This document shows positions 40,007 to 50,380 of a stretch of 64,000 nt of DNA, piece after piece. This DNA comes from an uncultured Methanosarcinales archaeon (GTDB taxonomy: Archaea; Halobacteriota; Methanosarcinia; Methanosarcinales; Methanosarcinaceae). The stretch lies in the NCBI GenBank assembly GCA_964446755.1, contig CAYUQC010000001.1:9806-73805 (forward strand), given 5' to 3'. A program made the translations under genes and the position numbers. The notes below the pieces were generated by a model, which was not told where the DNA came from, made no database searches, and saw nothing but the letters and a program-made list of their open reading frames with translations. The stretch's first letter is position 1; the number at the start of each line of letters is the position of its first letter.

Positions 40007-41197
40007 TTAAATCGTGACACCGATGGAAAGCTGGAGCCAGCCGACAAACATGATAATGGAAAGCATGACAAGAATAAACGAGCCGAAGAAAACGCCGTCT
40101 CTCTTTCTGAACTTCAGTTCGTTCATGGATGTCTTGCCGACACCGGTATATCCCCGGTTCAGCATCGCACGTGAAACGTCATCCGCGAAATTGATAATTG
40201 AATTAATCAAAGCCGTTGAAATGATTTTAATGGCGCGGAACGGACTCTTCGCCGGATTGAAAGCGCGCGATTTGGAAGAGGCTTTAATCTGAGAGGACGT
40301 GGACGTCAGGAGCGGAATAAACCGGATCGTCAGGAAAACCATAAGCGCCAAATCATGAGAGGACATATTTGCCCACTTCAACGGAATCGGCCGGATGAGA
40401 CGTTCAATGCCCTGGACCAACGCCGACTGTTTGGTTGTTGCCGCCATCAGTGAGGCAAATAAAATCAATAAAACGAATTTCAGCGCAACACCGAGACCGG
40501 TAATAAAACTGTACGTACTCGGGTAAATGGAAAAGCTTGTTTCGGGTGCGACATTGATGCGGTAAACGGTCGGTTCGCCCAAATAAACACGCTTTGCGGG
40601 ATCATATTCTGCCGGAACGGCCTCAACCGAAAACTGTTGAAGCTTCTCCGCCGGAATTTGATCGAACGGAATCCTTTCGATCCGAATATGACCGAATTCA
40701 AAATGCGCATTCTCCACATCAGCATCGAGAGAGTCCGGCGGCGGCTCAATCATAATCAATTGCCCGGTTTCATCCACGATTTCGAATTTGACAGGGTAAC
40801 CTTCATAATACTGCAGACGGTAGACCTGCGTATCCGGATTATATTCTTTTGAAACAAACAGGAAACGTTCGTCCAAATGACTGATTTGATCGTCCATCAG
40901 CTTCACGGACAGCGTGACATCTGAAAAGACGGGCGCCGGCGCGAAAATGAAATGCAGCAAGAAGACAATCCCGATGAAAAAAAGCATCGGCTTGAGAGAT
41001 AAAACGAGTTTTTTGATTGAAACACGGGCAATCACTGCGACGGCAATAAACAGAAGGAGAAGAGAGATTAAACTCCACGTGCGGTTTGTGTTGAAGATGA
41101 TAATACTCAATATCATCAGGGTAATGATCTTTGTCCGCGGATCCAATTTATGCAAAAAGGATTTGCCGTCGACATAAGCCAAAAATTGTTTATGCAT
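40007..41197 (-). CDS. ECF transporter T component with large inserted domain (BioN-like)
   Basis: LHKLDPRTK, IRFIP, SR and NRG coupling motifs; in operon with bioY. Confidence 0.8.
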   Translation of the reverse strand: MHKQFLAYVDGKSFLHKLDPRTKIITLMILSIIIFNTNRTWSLISLLLLFIAVAVIARVSIKKLVLSLKPMLFFIGIVFLLHFIFAPAPVFSDVTLSVKLMDDQISHLDERFLFVSKEYNPDTQVYRLQYYEGYPVKFEIVDETGQLIMIEPPPDSLDADVENAHFEFGHIRIERIPFDQIPAEKLQQFSVEAVPAEYDPAKRVYLGEPTVYRINVAPETSFSIYPSTYSFITGLGVALKFVLLILFASLMAATTKQSALVQGIERLIRPIPLKWANMSSHDLALMVFLTIRFIPLLTSTSSQIKASSKSRAFNPAKSPFRAIKIISTALINSIINFADDVSRAMLNRGYTGVGKTSMNELKFRKRDGVFFGSFILVMLSIIMFVGWLQLSIGVTI

Positions 41198-41221
41198 CTT
41201 TACCTTCCGTTTTTATGTAAA

Positions 41222-42196
41222 TTACTGTTGAAATCGAAATCGTTTCAAGATTTCATCTGCCGCCTCTTTCGGGTCTGAAATAGTCTCGGAAATATCCATG
41301 CCGTTTTCACGAAGATATTTGAGCAATTCAACCATATCCGGCAAACGGTATTTCCCGGAGGCGATATAACCGGTGAGATCGCCGTCAAATGAAATTTCAC
41401 CTTTATCAAAGACGATGATCCGGTCCGCTTTCAGCAGATCTTTTGGATTGTGACTGATGTACACAACCGTTTTTCCGCGCTCGCGAAGACCGTCAATGAG
41501 ACTTAAAATGCGGTCTTCGGCGGCCATGTCCAGCATGGACGTCACCTCATCCAAAACGATGCAGTCGGGATCCATGGCCAGCACGCCCGCAATGGCCGCC
41601 GCCTGCGCCTCTCCGCCGCTGAGCGTGGACGGATCCTGGTATGCAAGGTCTTTCAGATGAACGGCTTCCAGCACATTTGAAACGCGCTTTTTGATTTCTT
41701 CGCGGTCCAAGCCTAAATTTTCGGGCCCGAAAGCGACGTCTTCTTCAACCGTATTCCCGACAAATTGTGTGTAAGGATTTTGGAAAACGATGCCGACCTC
41801 ACGATGGATTTGAGAGACATGCTTCCGTTCCCTTGTATCTTTCCCGAAAACGGTCATTTTACCGGAAGTCGGCCGGTAAAGGCCGTTCAAATGATAAGCG
41901 AACGTCGATTTGCCCGAGCCGTTCAGGCCGACAATGATTGTAAAATCGCCTTTGTAAATTTTCAGATTAATGTTTTTCAGAATAGGGGAACCGCCCGGGT
42001 AAGCGAAAGAAAGATCCGCTGCTTCAAAGACAATGTCCCGTTCATCGGAAGAGCGATGGCTGTCGGACTTCGTTTCGAACTCGGTTTCCGAATCTTCTTC
42101 CGTCTTTTGTTCAGTATTTAAAGTTAAATGACTCACTTCCGAATCGGTCTCAGAAAATTCTGATGCCGTTTCGGAGATACCCGTTTCATCTGCCAT
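41222..42196 (-). CDS. ECF transporter ATPase (BioM-like)
   Basis: GLNGSGKS, FQNP, LSGGE, LDE; acidic N-terminal extension; GAGGGG RBS. Confidence 0.88.
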   Translation of the reverse strand: MADETGISETASEFSETDSEVSHLTLNTEQKTEEDSETEFETKSDSHRSSDERDIVFEAADLSFAYPGGSPILKNINLKIYKGDFTIIVGLNGSGKSTFAYHLNGLYRPTSGKMTVFGKDTRERKHVSQIHREVGIVFQNPYTQFVGNTVEEDVAFGPENLGLDREEIKKRVSNVLEAVHLKDLAYQDPSTLSGGEAQAAAIAGVLAMDPDCIVLDEVTSMLDMAAEDRILSLIDGLRERGKTVVYISHNPKDLLKADRIIVFDKGEISFDGDLTGYIASGKYRLPDMVELLKYLRENGMDISETISDPKEAADEILKRFRFQQ

Positions 42197-42298
42197 ATAT
42201 ATCCCCTCATTTGCACCGTCAAGGTGCAACTTCGTTTTTGAAAGATTTTGTTTTTAATATATTTGTTTTTAGTGTTAATGAAGACAGCGCCCGGATTA

Positions 42299-42868
42299 TC
42301 AGGGCGCGCTGAAATTGACTTTTCGGATCAATGCAGGAGCAACTAAACCGATTGCAATTGATTTAATCATATCTCCGACAAAGAACGGCACAAACCCGCC
42401 CGCAAATGCCGCCGCCAGCGGAACATTGCTTGAAAAGCCCAAATGAACGGAGCCGATAACCAATATAAGAATGCTGCCGAACGCAGCGATACCGAACATC
42501 ACGGCAGGATTCTTCTTTTTAGCCAGATCACTCATCCAGCCGACCAGGAAAGCAACGATGATGAACGAATAGAGATACCCGCCCGTCGGCCCGAAAACGA
42601 TTCCGAGCCCGCTGTTGCCGCCGGAAAAGACCGGAAACCCGATGAAACCGACAATCAAGTAAACGATAATACTGACGGTCCCCCAATTTCTGCCGAGTGT
42701 GACGGCCGCCAGCAGAACAAAAAAGGTCTGAAGCGTAATCGGAACACCGAGCGGCGTGATCGGAATTTTGATGTAAGCGCCGACAGCAATCAAAGCCGCA
42801 AAGAGAGCCGCTAATACCATTTTTTTAATTTTGACAGAATCATCTTTATAATCGAGATTTTCACCCAT
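42299..42868 (-). CDS. bioY: Biotin ECF S component BioY
   Basis: VPITLQ, GFPVFSGG, GPTGGYL, PFFVGDMIK. Confidence 0.92.
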   Translation of the reverse strand: MGENLDYKDDSVKIKKMVLAALFAALIAVGAYIKIPITPLGVPITLQTFFVLLAAVTLGRNWGTVSIIVYLIVGFIGFPVFSGGNSGLGIVFGPTGGYLYSFIIVAFLVGWMSDLAKKKNPAVMFGIAAFGSILILVIGSVHLGFSSNVPLAAAFAGGFVPFFVGDMIKSIAIGLVAPALIRKVNFSAP

Positions 42869-42914
42869 AAATATCACAGATCGTAAGAATATAAAAATAA
42901 CATCAATCGGAATA

Positions 42915-42948
42915 ATTGTAAACCAAATTTCAATTAAGAGTAAACAAT
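42915..42948. promoter_or_regulatory. Probable BirA operator
   Basis: ATTGTAAAC-N16-GTAAACAAT fits the TGTtAAC-N14-16-GTTaACA consensus; lies between TATA (about 42959-42968) and bioY. Confidence 0.65.
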
Positions 42949-43061
42949 AACTTTCTGCTATATATATTTTCTCAAGAGTTCAGTTTGAAAAAAAGTAATC
43001 GACAGATACCGATAATAAAAAGGATTATAAATAGAAAACAGAAATCTTGATGATGACTGTT

Positions 43062-43904
43062 TCAGGCTGTTTTTTCAACCGTATCTAAAACATTCCGGAA
43101 ATTCTGAGTCCAAACGGATTCCTTCATCATCCATTCCACCATTTTTCCTTCTTCCTGTGCCCTTGAAAAAGCGGGATCCATCGGCAAACGGGCAAGAATA
43201 GCCGCACCGAAATCCGCAGCCGCTTTATCAATTCCGTCGGAGCCGTAAAGCTCGATTTTCTCATCACAGTGCGGACAGACCAGACCGTCCATGTTGCTGA
43301 CAATTCCGGTCAGCGGAACATCCAGTTTTTGGAGGAAGGTTAATGATTTGCGGACGCTGGTCAGTGCAATGTCCTGCGGAATGGTGACAATGATCGCACC
43401 GTTGTTTTTCGGCAGAAGCTGCATGATACCGAGCGGTTCATCCCCCGTTCCGGGCGGCAGATCAATAATCAAATAATCCAAATTACCCCATTCAACATCG
43501 GTAAAAAACTGACGGATAGCGCCGGCTTTTGCGGGGCCGCGCCAAATGACAGGCGTATCGTCATCAGGCAAAAGCAATCCGATGGAAATGACACCGAGAT
43601 TCAAATTCGGCTCGGGTTTTGCGGGAATCATCTTTTCGTCTGCAACCTGCAGATCTTCCTGAGTGATTCCGAAAATTGCCGGAACGCTCGGTCCGTGCAT
43701 GTCGCAGTCCATTAATCCGACATGATTGCCTCGAATCGCCAGGCCCGCCGCAAGTGCGCAGGCGACGGTGCTTTTTCCGACGCCGCCCTTGCCGCTCATC
43801 ACGACAAAAACATTTTTGATGCGGCTCATATCTATACCGGAATCTTCTTTAGACGGTCGATTCGGTTTTTGAGGTGTTTTATTCACAACATTTAATTCTG
43901 TCAT
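43062..43904 (-). CDS. Mrp/NBP35 (ApbC) Fe-S carrier ATPase
   Basis: SGKGGVGKS, WRGP, DLPPGTGD, CPHC. Confidence 0.92.
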   Translation of the reverse strand: MTELNVVNKTPQKPNRPSKEDSGIDMSRIKNVFVVMSGKGGVGKSTVACALAAGLAIRGNHVGLMDCDMHGPSVPAIFGITQEDLQVADEKMIPAKPEPNLNLGVISIGLLLPDDDTPVIWRGPAKAGAIRQFFTDVEWGNLDYLIIDLPPGTGDEPLGIMQLLPKNNGAIIVTIPQDIALTSVRKSLTFLQKLDVPLTGIVSNMDGLVCPHCDEKIELYGSDGIDKAAADFGAAILARLPMDPAFSRAQEEGKMVEWMMKESVWTQNFRNVLDTVEKTA

Positions 43905-44037
43905 TTAAAATCTCCTGAATTTGAAAAGAATGAAAGTATGAATAAAACAGGTGATTTAAAAATTCGACTCTTAAAAAAGTGTCTTTAATAAAAAAGAATA
44001 AAAGGAGCTGAAAAGCCCCTCAAATAAATGATTCAGT

Positions 44038-45768
44038 TTAACCGAATTTGTACTGGTTCTTCTCCCTGTATTTCAGGAAAGCAACAATACCGACCGCAAT
44101 GACAACCAAGAGAATGACAATGATTGCGCCGTACATCAGGTATCTTGTCCAGCTGCCGGATTCGGCCGGGGGTTCGGGATCAGGTGTCTGATTGGTATCA
44201 TTTCCTCCCGGAGGTTCCGGTGTCGGAGTCTGGTTGGTGCTGCCGAGAATGTTGGCTGCAGGGTTATCTGCGCTGCTGTTTAAAGCAACCGTGTAAACCT
44301 GTACTTTATCATACCCTGCCGTATATCCGGTGGATCTGGTCAAAGCCGGAAGGCCGTTCTCCACGACGAAAACATCGGTCAGCTGCGTACCTGAAACATC
44401 CGTTGAATCAATCGGGAATCTGCCGTTGCCGTTGTAAGTGCCGACCAGATTGTTGCCGGTGCTCTTGACACTGGCATTAAGTTCCGCGAAATCGACATTT
44501 CTCGGATCGGTGTTGCCGACAATCACGTTGTTTGACAAAGTGGCCTGGCTGTTGGATATATTCAAACCGCCGCCGCCGACATCTTTAGCAGTGTTGTTGG
44601 ATTTAGCGGTATTGCCCGTGATGGCTGATTTTGTCAGCGTTGCGTTGCCGTCATTCCAGAAAGCAATTGCACCGCCGTAGATTTTAGCCGTATTGTTGAC
44701 AGCCGTAATTGCATTTGCATTCACCGTACCGCGGTTGAAGAAAGCACCGCCGTAGTTCGCAACGTTGTTGAGGAAAGTACAAGTATCGATTGTTGCCGTT
44801 GCGTTGGCCGCAATATGGATACCGCCGCCGTCGTCCGTGGCTGTCGAATTAGAGAAAACGGAGTATTTGATATTTCCGTTAGAGCCGTTGCCGAGCAAAA
44901 TACCGCCGCCGCTTCCGGAAGTGTTGCCGCCGTTAAAAACACAGTTTTCAACAATTAAAGTGCCGTAAGTTGTGATACCGGCACTTTCTGTAGCCGTGTT
45001 GTTGGAGAAAGTACTGTTTCTGAATTCAACGGTGGTGCCGGCAGAAGCATTCAGCGGACTGCCTTTGGAAGTCACCGCATTATTGATGATACGTGACTGT
45101 GAAGCAATTATTTTACCCTGATCCAATTTGATGACATTGTATTTATCGGAGTTTCCGTCGATAACGGAATTCTGGAGTTCGACATTACCGCTCTTCACGT
45201 AAATTGCACTGCCGTCGGTTGTCGCATTATTTCTGGAAACAGAAGATGTGACGAATTTGACATTACTTCCGTTTGAAACATAAACAGCCCCGCCTAAATC
45301 CGCTTTGTTTCTTTGAATCGTACAGGAATCAAAAGTCAGATTCGCACGGTCAACCGTAACCGCGCCGCCTGTGCCGTTCATAAGATAACCGTTTTCAATA
45401 GATAATTGTTTGAAAACAACATTGCCGCCTGTAACCGCAAAGACGGAAAATTCCTGTGTGACCGGACCGGAATCACGTGCAATAGTTACTTTTGAATCAC
45501 CGCCAATTGTCAAATCTTTAGAAACATTTAAAGTGCTGTAAGAGACTGTCACTGCAGAGACATTGTCTGCAAAAATAATCGTATCGCCGGAATTGGCTTT
45601 TGCAATTGCTTCACGCAAAGTCATTTTGTCGAGATTGACCATACTGAGATTGACCTTGTCAACATCCCCGGAAGCCGTGACAACCCATTCCTGGGCGGCG
45701 GCAACGCCGGTGAAAAGGAACAAAATCAAAACAGATAAAACGAGTGTTTTTACAATTTTGGATTGCAT
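44038..45768 (-). CDS. Beta-helix adhesin-like surface protein
   Basis: Signal peptide; repeated GGA(I/V) and FxxN motifs; many N-x-S/T sites; Pro/Thr linker; C-terminal TM. Confidence 0.8.
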   Translation of the reverse strand: MQSKIVKTLVLSVLILFLFTGVAAAQEWVVTASGDVDKVNLSMVNLDKMTLREAIAKANSGDTIIFADNVSAVTVSYSTLNVSKDLTIGGDSKVTIARDSGPVTQEFSVFAVTGGNVVFKQLSIENGYLMNGTGGAVTVDRANLTFDSCTIQRNKADLGGAVYVSNGSNVKFVTSSVSRNNATTDGSAIYVKSGNVELQNSVIDGNSDKYNVIKLDQGKIIASQSRIINNAVTSKGSPLNASAGTTVEFRNSTFSNNTATESAGITTYGTLIVENCVFNGGNTSGSGGGILLGNGSNGNIKYSVFSNSTATDDGGGIHIAANATATIDTCTFLNNVANYGGAFFNRGTVNANAITAVNNTAKIYGGAIAFWNDGNATLTKSAITGNTAKSNNTAKDVGGGGLNISNSQATLSNNVIVGNTDPRNVDFAELNASVKSTGNNLVGTYNGNGRFPIDSTDVSGTQLTDVFVVENGLPALTRSTGYTAGYDKVQVYTVALNSSADNPAANILGSTNQTPTPEPPGGNDTNQTPDPEPPAESGSWTRYLMYGAIIVILLVVIAVGIVAFLKYREKNQYKFG

Positions 45769-46007
45769 CTTTATCCCCTAATTTTCGTTGTAAATAACCT
45801 ACATGTAAAGTAAACAGAATATACATCGGGAAAGAATCCGATATAGCTGACAATATGAATGAGCAGAACATATATAAAAATATTTGATATCAAAAAGAAC
45901 ATCTGCAGACAGACAAATTAAACTGTTCAAACAACAAGAATATTTCAGTCGGGATCCGAAACATAATATTAATATGCCAGACAAAACATTAAGAACCTGC
46001 TCACACC

Positions 46008-46080
46008 GGGCGCGTGGCCTAGCGGATATGGCAGCAGCCTCCTAAGCTGCAGGCCGGGGGTTCGAATCCTCCCGCGCTCG
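46008..46080 (+). tRNA. tRNA-Arg(CCT)
   Basis: Acceptor GGGCGCG/CGCGCTC; anticodon arm GCAGC-CT-CCT-AA-GCTGC; T-loop TTCGAAT; no intron; CCA not encoded. Confidence 0.95.
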
Positions 46081-46187
46081 CTTCATTTTTTCAAAAAGTT
46101 GAAAATGCATGAAAAACGGAATTTCACCGATTGTTTTTTATTCTCACAGATGATTTGAAATCAAAAAGATTCAAACAGGGTGGCACC

Positions 46188-46637
46188 GTGATTCGAAAAG
46201 CAAAGATGAGTGATGTTTTTGAAATGAAGGAATTAATCAATTCCTATGCAACGGAAGGCTGTATGCTTCCGCGTTCTTTAGACAGTCTTTTTACAAATAT
46301 CCGTGATTTTGCCGTTATGGAGAAAGAAGGAAAGGTTGTCGGCTGCTGCGGTGTTCATCCGGATTGGGAAGATTTAGGCGAAGTCGTCTCTTTTGCGGTT
46401 GCCAAACCCTACACACGGCAGGGAAACGGATCACTGCTTTTGGAAGCCTGCATCGATGATGCAAAAACTATCGGTCTCGGTCAATTGTTTGTATTAACCA
46501 GCAGTCCCGACTTTTTTAAGAAAAAAGGATTTACGGAAATCAAGCGAGAAGAACTGCCGTGGAAAATATGGGCCGACTGCGTTAACTGTTCCAAATATCC
46601 GGACTGCAACTCGGTTTCGTTGATTAAAAAGATTTAA
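46188..46637 (+). CDS. argA: Short GNAT N-acetylglutamate synthase
   Basis: IRKA..., MLPRS, LFVLT, FF..GF, LPWKIWADCxxC; GTG start with GGGTGG RBS. Confidence 0.75.
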   Translation: MIRKAKMSDVFEMKELINSYATEGCMLPRSLDSLFTNIRDFAVMEKEGKVVGCCGVHPDWEDLGEVVSFAVAKPYTRQGNGSLLLEACIDDAKTIGLGQLFVLTSSPDFFKKKGFTEIKREELPWKIWADCVNCSKYPDCNSVSLIKKI

Positions 46638-46757
46638 AACATTAAAGTTAAGAATCGAACAGGTTCTTCTTTTCCTTTATTTTTATCAGTATGTAAAGAG
46701 TAATGCTTATATACGATGCACATATTTGTCCATCATAGAACTTGAAAGGACATTAAA

Positions 46758-48260
46758 ATGCTGAATATTACCACATTTTTGGACGCAAACATGCGCCGGC
46801 TCTCTAAAAACGTATTCCGCTGTCCGGAACGGGAGACATACTACACATCCGCCGAGATTCTTTCAATCGCTTCGGGACTTGCCGAGAAACTGAAAGAGAA
46901 AGGAATCGGAAAAGGCGACCGGGTTTTAATTTATTTAAACAATTCACCCGAATACTTATTTTCATACTTTGCGGTTTGGAGGATCGGTGCCGTTGCCGTG
47001 CCGACAAACCGCGTTTATACGAAATTCGAATTGGATTATATCATTCAAAATGCGGGCATCCGTTTGGTGATTACCGATGAAGACGGAGTCGATTCATTTG
47101 AAGAAAATCCTTTATTCTCCGTTTTTGTTCCGACGGGAATTGAAGAAATGAGAAAACATGCGATTCTGCCGCCGACGCAAACGGAACCGGAAGATTTGTG
47201 CCAGATTCAATACACTTCCGGAACGACCGGCAAACCCAAAGGCGCAATGCTGACGCACGGTAACTGGCTGGCGGCGATTTCCAACGAAACGGACGTTATG
47301 GAATTTACGGAATCCGATGTTTATCTGGGAATCTACCCGATGGGACACGTCGGACTCAGCTGGGGCATCGCTGCGCTTCGGGCAGGGTCGCTTTATATTA
47401 TGATGGAACGCTACGACCTGGAAAATTATCTTCACTTGATTGAAACGCACGGTGTTACCGCCCTTTCCGGAATGCCGCCGGTCATTCATTCATTTGTGAA
47501 CTGTCCGCCGGGAACCGAAGACCGTGTCAAAACCGTCCGTGAAATCATTTCAGGCGGCGGTCCGCTTCACAATGAAATTTGGAAGACGTTCCATTACCGG
47601 TACAATATTCCGGTCGTTAACGCCTACGGTCTTTCCGAAACGATTGTTATCGGGACGGGGACAGTTATCCGCCCGGTGGATTACGCGACCGCCGACAAAT
47701 TCCAAAGTGTCGGGCATCCTGTTTGTTTCTCGGAAGTCAAAATCGTGGATGAAAACGACCCCGATAAGGAACTTGCGCAGGGCGAAACCGGTGAAATCGC
47801 TCTTCGCGGACCGGCCGTTGCACGGGGGTATTACGGCATGCCGGAAGAGACGAAAAAAGTCTTTTTGGCGGACGGATGGTTTTTGACAGGTGATATCGGT
47901 TATTTGGATCAGGATCTGCGGCTTTGTTTGACGGACCGGAAAAAGGATATGATTGTCATGTCAGGATGGAAAATTTACCCGACGGAAGTCGAAGATGTTT
48001 TACTTCAGCACCCTTCGGTGGCGGATATTGCCGTCTTCGGTGTCATTCATCCGCACCGCGGCGAAATCCCGATTGCGGCGGTCATATGGCGCGCGGGTTG
48101 CGAGAACCCCGCAGAGCTCTCAGACTTTGCAAAAGAACATTTGGCCGGTTATAAAGTTCCGAGGCACATTTTGACGGTGGATGAACTGCCGCGTGTCAGC
48201 GGATGGAAACTGCTCCGCAGGGAACTGCGCGCAAAATATGAACCGATGTTTTCGGAATAA
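46758..48260 (+). CDS. AMP-forming acyl-CoA synthetase/ligase
   Basis: YTSGTTGKPKG, YGLSE, TGDIG, DRKKDMI; substrate unknown. Confidence 0.9.
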   Translation: MLNITTFLDANMRRLSKNVFRCPERETYYTSAEILSIASGLAEKLKEKGIGKGDRVLIYLNNSPEYLFSYFAVWRIGAVAVPTNRVYTKFELDYIIQNAGIRLVITDEDGVDSFEENPLFSVFVPTGIEEMRKHAILPPTQTEPEDLCQIQYTSGTTGKPKGAMLTHGNWLAAISNETDVMEFTESDVYLGIYPMGHVGLSWGIAALRAGSLYIMMERYDLENYLHLIETHGVTALSGMPPVIHSFVNCPPGTEDRVKTVREIISGGGPLHNEIWKTFHYRYNIPVVNAYGLSETIVIGTGTVIRPVDYATADKFQSVGHPVCFSEVKIVDENDPDKELAQGETGEIALRGPAVARGYYGMPEETKKVFLADGWFLTGDIGYLDQDLRLCLTDRKKDMIVMSGWKIYPTEVEDVLLQHPSVADIAVFGVIHPHRGEIPIAAVIWRAGCENPAELSDFAKEHLAGYKVPRHILTVDELPRVSGWKLLRRELRAKYEPMFSE

Positions 48261-48351
48261 TCATTTTGCCGCATTTTTATAACCGCAAAGCGTCGCCGAT
48301 GAATATTAAACTTCATAATGAAGAAGCATTAGGAATTATAACAGATCATAC

Positions 48352-50379
48352 ATGAAATCAAGAGATATCGCGCTTGTCGGCATATTACTTGCCGCGGGTG
48401 CCATTGCCAGATATATATCACTCTTTATACCGGGCTCCATTGTCGCCAATCTGACAATCGCATTTTACTGCCTGGCCATTATTTTAGTTGTCCCGAAATA
48501 CAAAGAAGCGCTCGGCATCGGGTTGGTGGCAGGCATTATCTGCGCCGTATTCAGCCACTCCGTCTTCCCGCTCGGAAATTTGATTTCCGAGCCGATCGGA
48601 GCAGTCGTTTGTCTTTTCGTATACAAACTTGTACGGAACAAAGCCGGTGTTTTATCTCCGGTCATTGCAACAGCCATTGCCACTCCTGCCAGCGGCTTTT
48701 CATTTGTCATAATTATGTTTTTGGCAACGATTGCCCCGACAGGTGCAACAGTTGCCACAATGATTACTTTGATGGCTTCACTGTCTCTGATTGTTCTCGG
48801 TGCAACGATAGCGAATTCAATTATTGTTCAAGTGATTGCCATGCCTGCGATGCGCGTGATGCAGAACACGCAGCCGGTACAGAAAAAAAAACGCACGGGC
48901 CCTGCAGATAAAGAAACGGTCATCGGATTGGAAAACGTCGGCTTTGTCTACAGCGGGGCAGGCAGTGAAAAAAAGGTATTGGAAGACATTACGCTGAACA
49001 TCGGCAAAGGCGAATTTGTTGTCGTGACCGGACCTTCCGGATCCGGGAAAACAACGTTCTGCCGGACCGTTACGGGCATTATTCTGCATTCTTACGGCGG
49101 CATCATGGACGGCGAAGTCACAGTGATGGGAAAATATGCCGACGAATACAAAGATATGGAAGAGCTCAGTTTTGAAGTCGGCATGGTTTTTGATGATGCC
49201 GACGCGCAGCTGATTTTCACGACAGTTGAAGAAGAAATCAAAACGGGACTTGAAACACGCAAGCTGAAAGAAAACGAGATTGATGAAAAGCTGAATGCAT
49301 TATATGAAATGACAAACACCGGCGGCATCAAAGAACGTGCGCCGCATACCCTTTCAGGCGGCCAGAAGCAGCGCGTCGCATTTGCAGCCGCGCTTTCCAA
49401 AGAAACACCGATATTGGTTTTGGATGAGGCGACTTCCGAGCTGGACAAAGAAGCCCGCAAACAGGTTTATTCGGTTTTGAAATCATTGACAGATTCCGGA
49501 AAAACAGTCATTCTGGTCGAACACATGGTCGATGAAACTGTGGATTATGCAACCCGCCAAATCCGTTTGGAACACGGAAAAGTCGTCTATGACGGTGTTC
49601 CGGTCAAAGACACGGCTGTTATTCCCGAATTTGAACGGACGCCTGCTGAAAAGGAAACGCAGGTCGCTTCGGTAAAAAACCTGGTCCATGTTTACGGCAA
49701 CAATCTGAAAGCTTTAGATGACGTGTCTTTGGATCTTTATGCAGGTGAAATCATTGCCGTTGTCGGTGAAAACGGCTCCGGCAAAACAACTCTCATCAAA
49801 CACTTAAACGGACTTCTGCGACCGACGTCGGGAACGGTTGAAATTTTCGGAAAAGAAATTGAAAAGATGCGCGTTCCGGAAATTGCCGGTCAGGTCGGAT
49901 TGGTTTTTCAAAATCCGGATACTATGCTTTTCGAAAATACCTGCCTTAAAGAGGTTTTGTTCGGACTGAAAAATATCGGAAAAGAAGATGAAGGGATTGC
50001 TTTAAAAGCGCTGGAAGAAGTCGGTCTTTCGGAAAAGAAGGATGTCAATCCGCGCCATCTCAGCCGCGGTGAACGCCAGCGGTTGGCTTTGGCCTGCGTT
50101 TTGGCGATGGGACAGCCGATACTCATTCTCGACGAACCTACCACCGGATTGGATTTAAAAGAATCTTTTGAAATCATGGAACTTCTGATGAAAATCAGAA
50201 AAGACGGCAAAACGATTCTCATGGTCACGCACAGTCCGAAAATCGCGGAAATTGCCGCTGACAGGATTATTGAAATGGCCTCCGGCAAAATCATCAATAC
50301 CGTTCATGATAACGCAAAAGAGTCAATTGCAGGTGAAATCATTGAAAGCACGGATATTGAAATCGCAGGAGGTGTCTGA
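48352..50379 (+). CDS. Fused ECF S component (TrpP-like) plus tandem ATPases
   Basis: About 170-aa multi-TM N-terminus, then GPSGSGKT/LSGGQ and GENGSGKT/LSRGE domains in one frame. Confidence 0.82.
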   Translation: MKSRDIALVGILLAAGAIARYISLFIPGSIVANLTIAFYCLAIILVVPKYKEALGIGLVAGIICAVFSHSVFPLGNLISEPIGAVVCLFVYKLVRNKAGVLSPVIATAIATPASGFSFVIIMFLATIAPTGATVATMITLMASLSLIVLGATIANSIIVQVIAMPAMRVMQNTQPVQKKKRTGPADKETVIGLENVGFVYSGAGSEKKVLEDITLNIGKGEFVVVTGPSGSGKTTFCRTVTGIILHSYGGIMDGEVTVMGKYADEYKDMEELSFEVGMVFDDADAQLIFTTVEEEIKTGLETRKLKENEIDEKLNALYEMTNTGGIKERAPHTLSGGQKQRVAFAAALSKETPILVLDEATSELDKEARKQVYSVLKSLTDSGKTVILVEHMVDETVDYATRQIRLEHGKVVYDGVPVKDTAVIPEFERTPAEKETQVASVKNLVHVYGNNLKALDDVSLDLYAGEIIAVVGENGSGKTTLIKHLNGLLRPTSGTVEIFGKEIEKMRVPEIAGQVGLVFQNPDTMLFENTCLKEVLFGLKNIGKEDEGIALKALEEVGLSEKKDVNPRHLSRGERQRLALACVLAMGQPILILDEPTTGLDLKESFEIMELLMKIRKDGKTILMVTHSPKIAEIAADRIIEMASGKIINTVHDNAKESIAGEIIESTDIEIAGGV

Positions 50380-50380
50380 G

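Noticed and set aside
46008-46080. tRNA-anchored integrated element
   Set aside because: No integrase and no duplicated tRNA 3' end noticed in the window.
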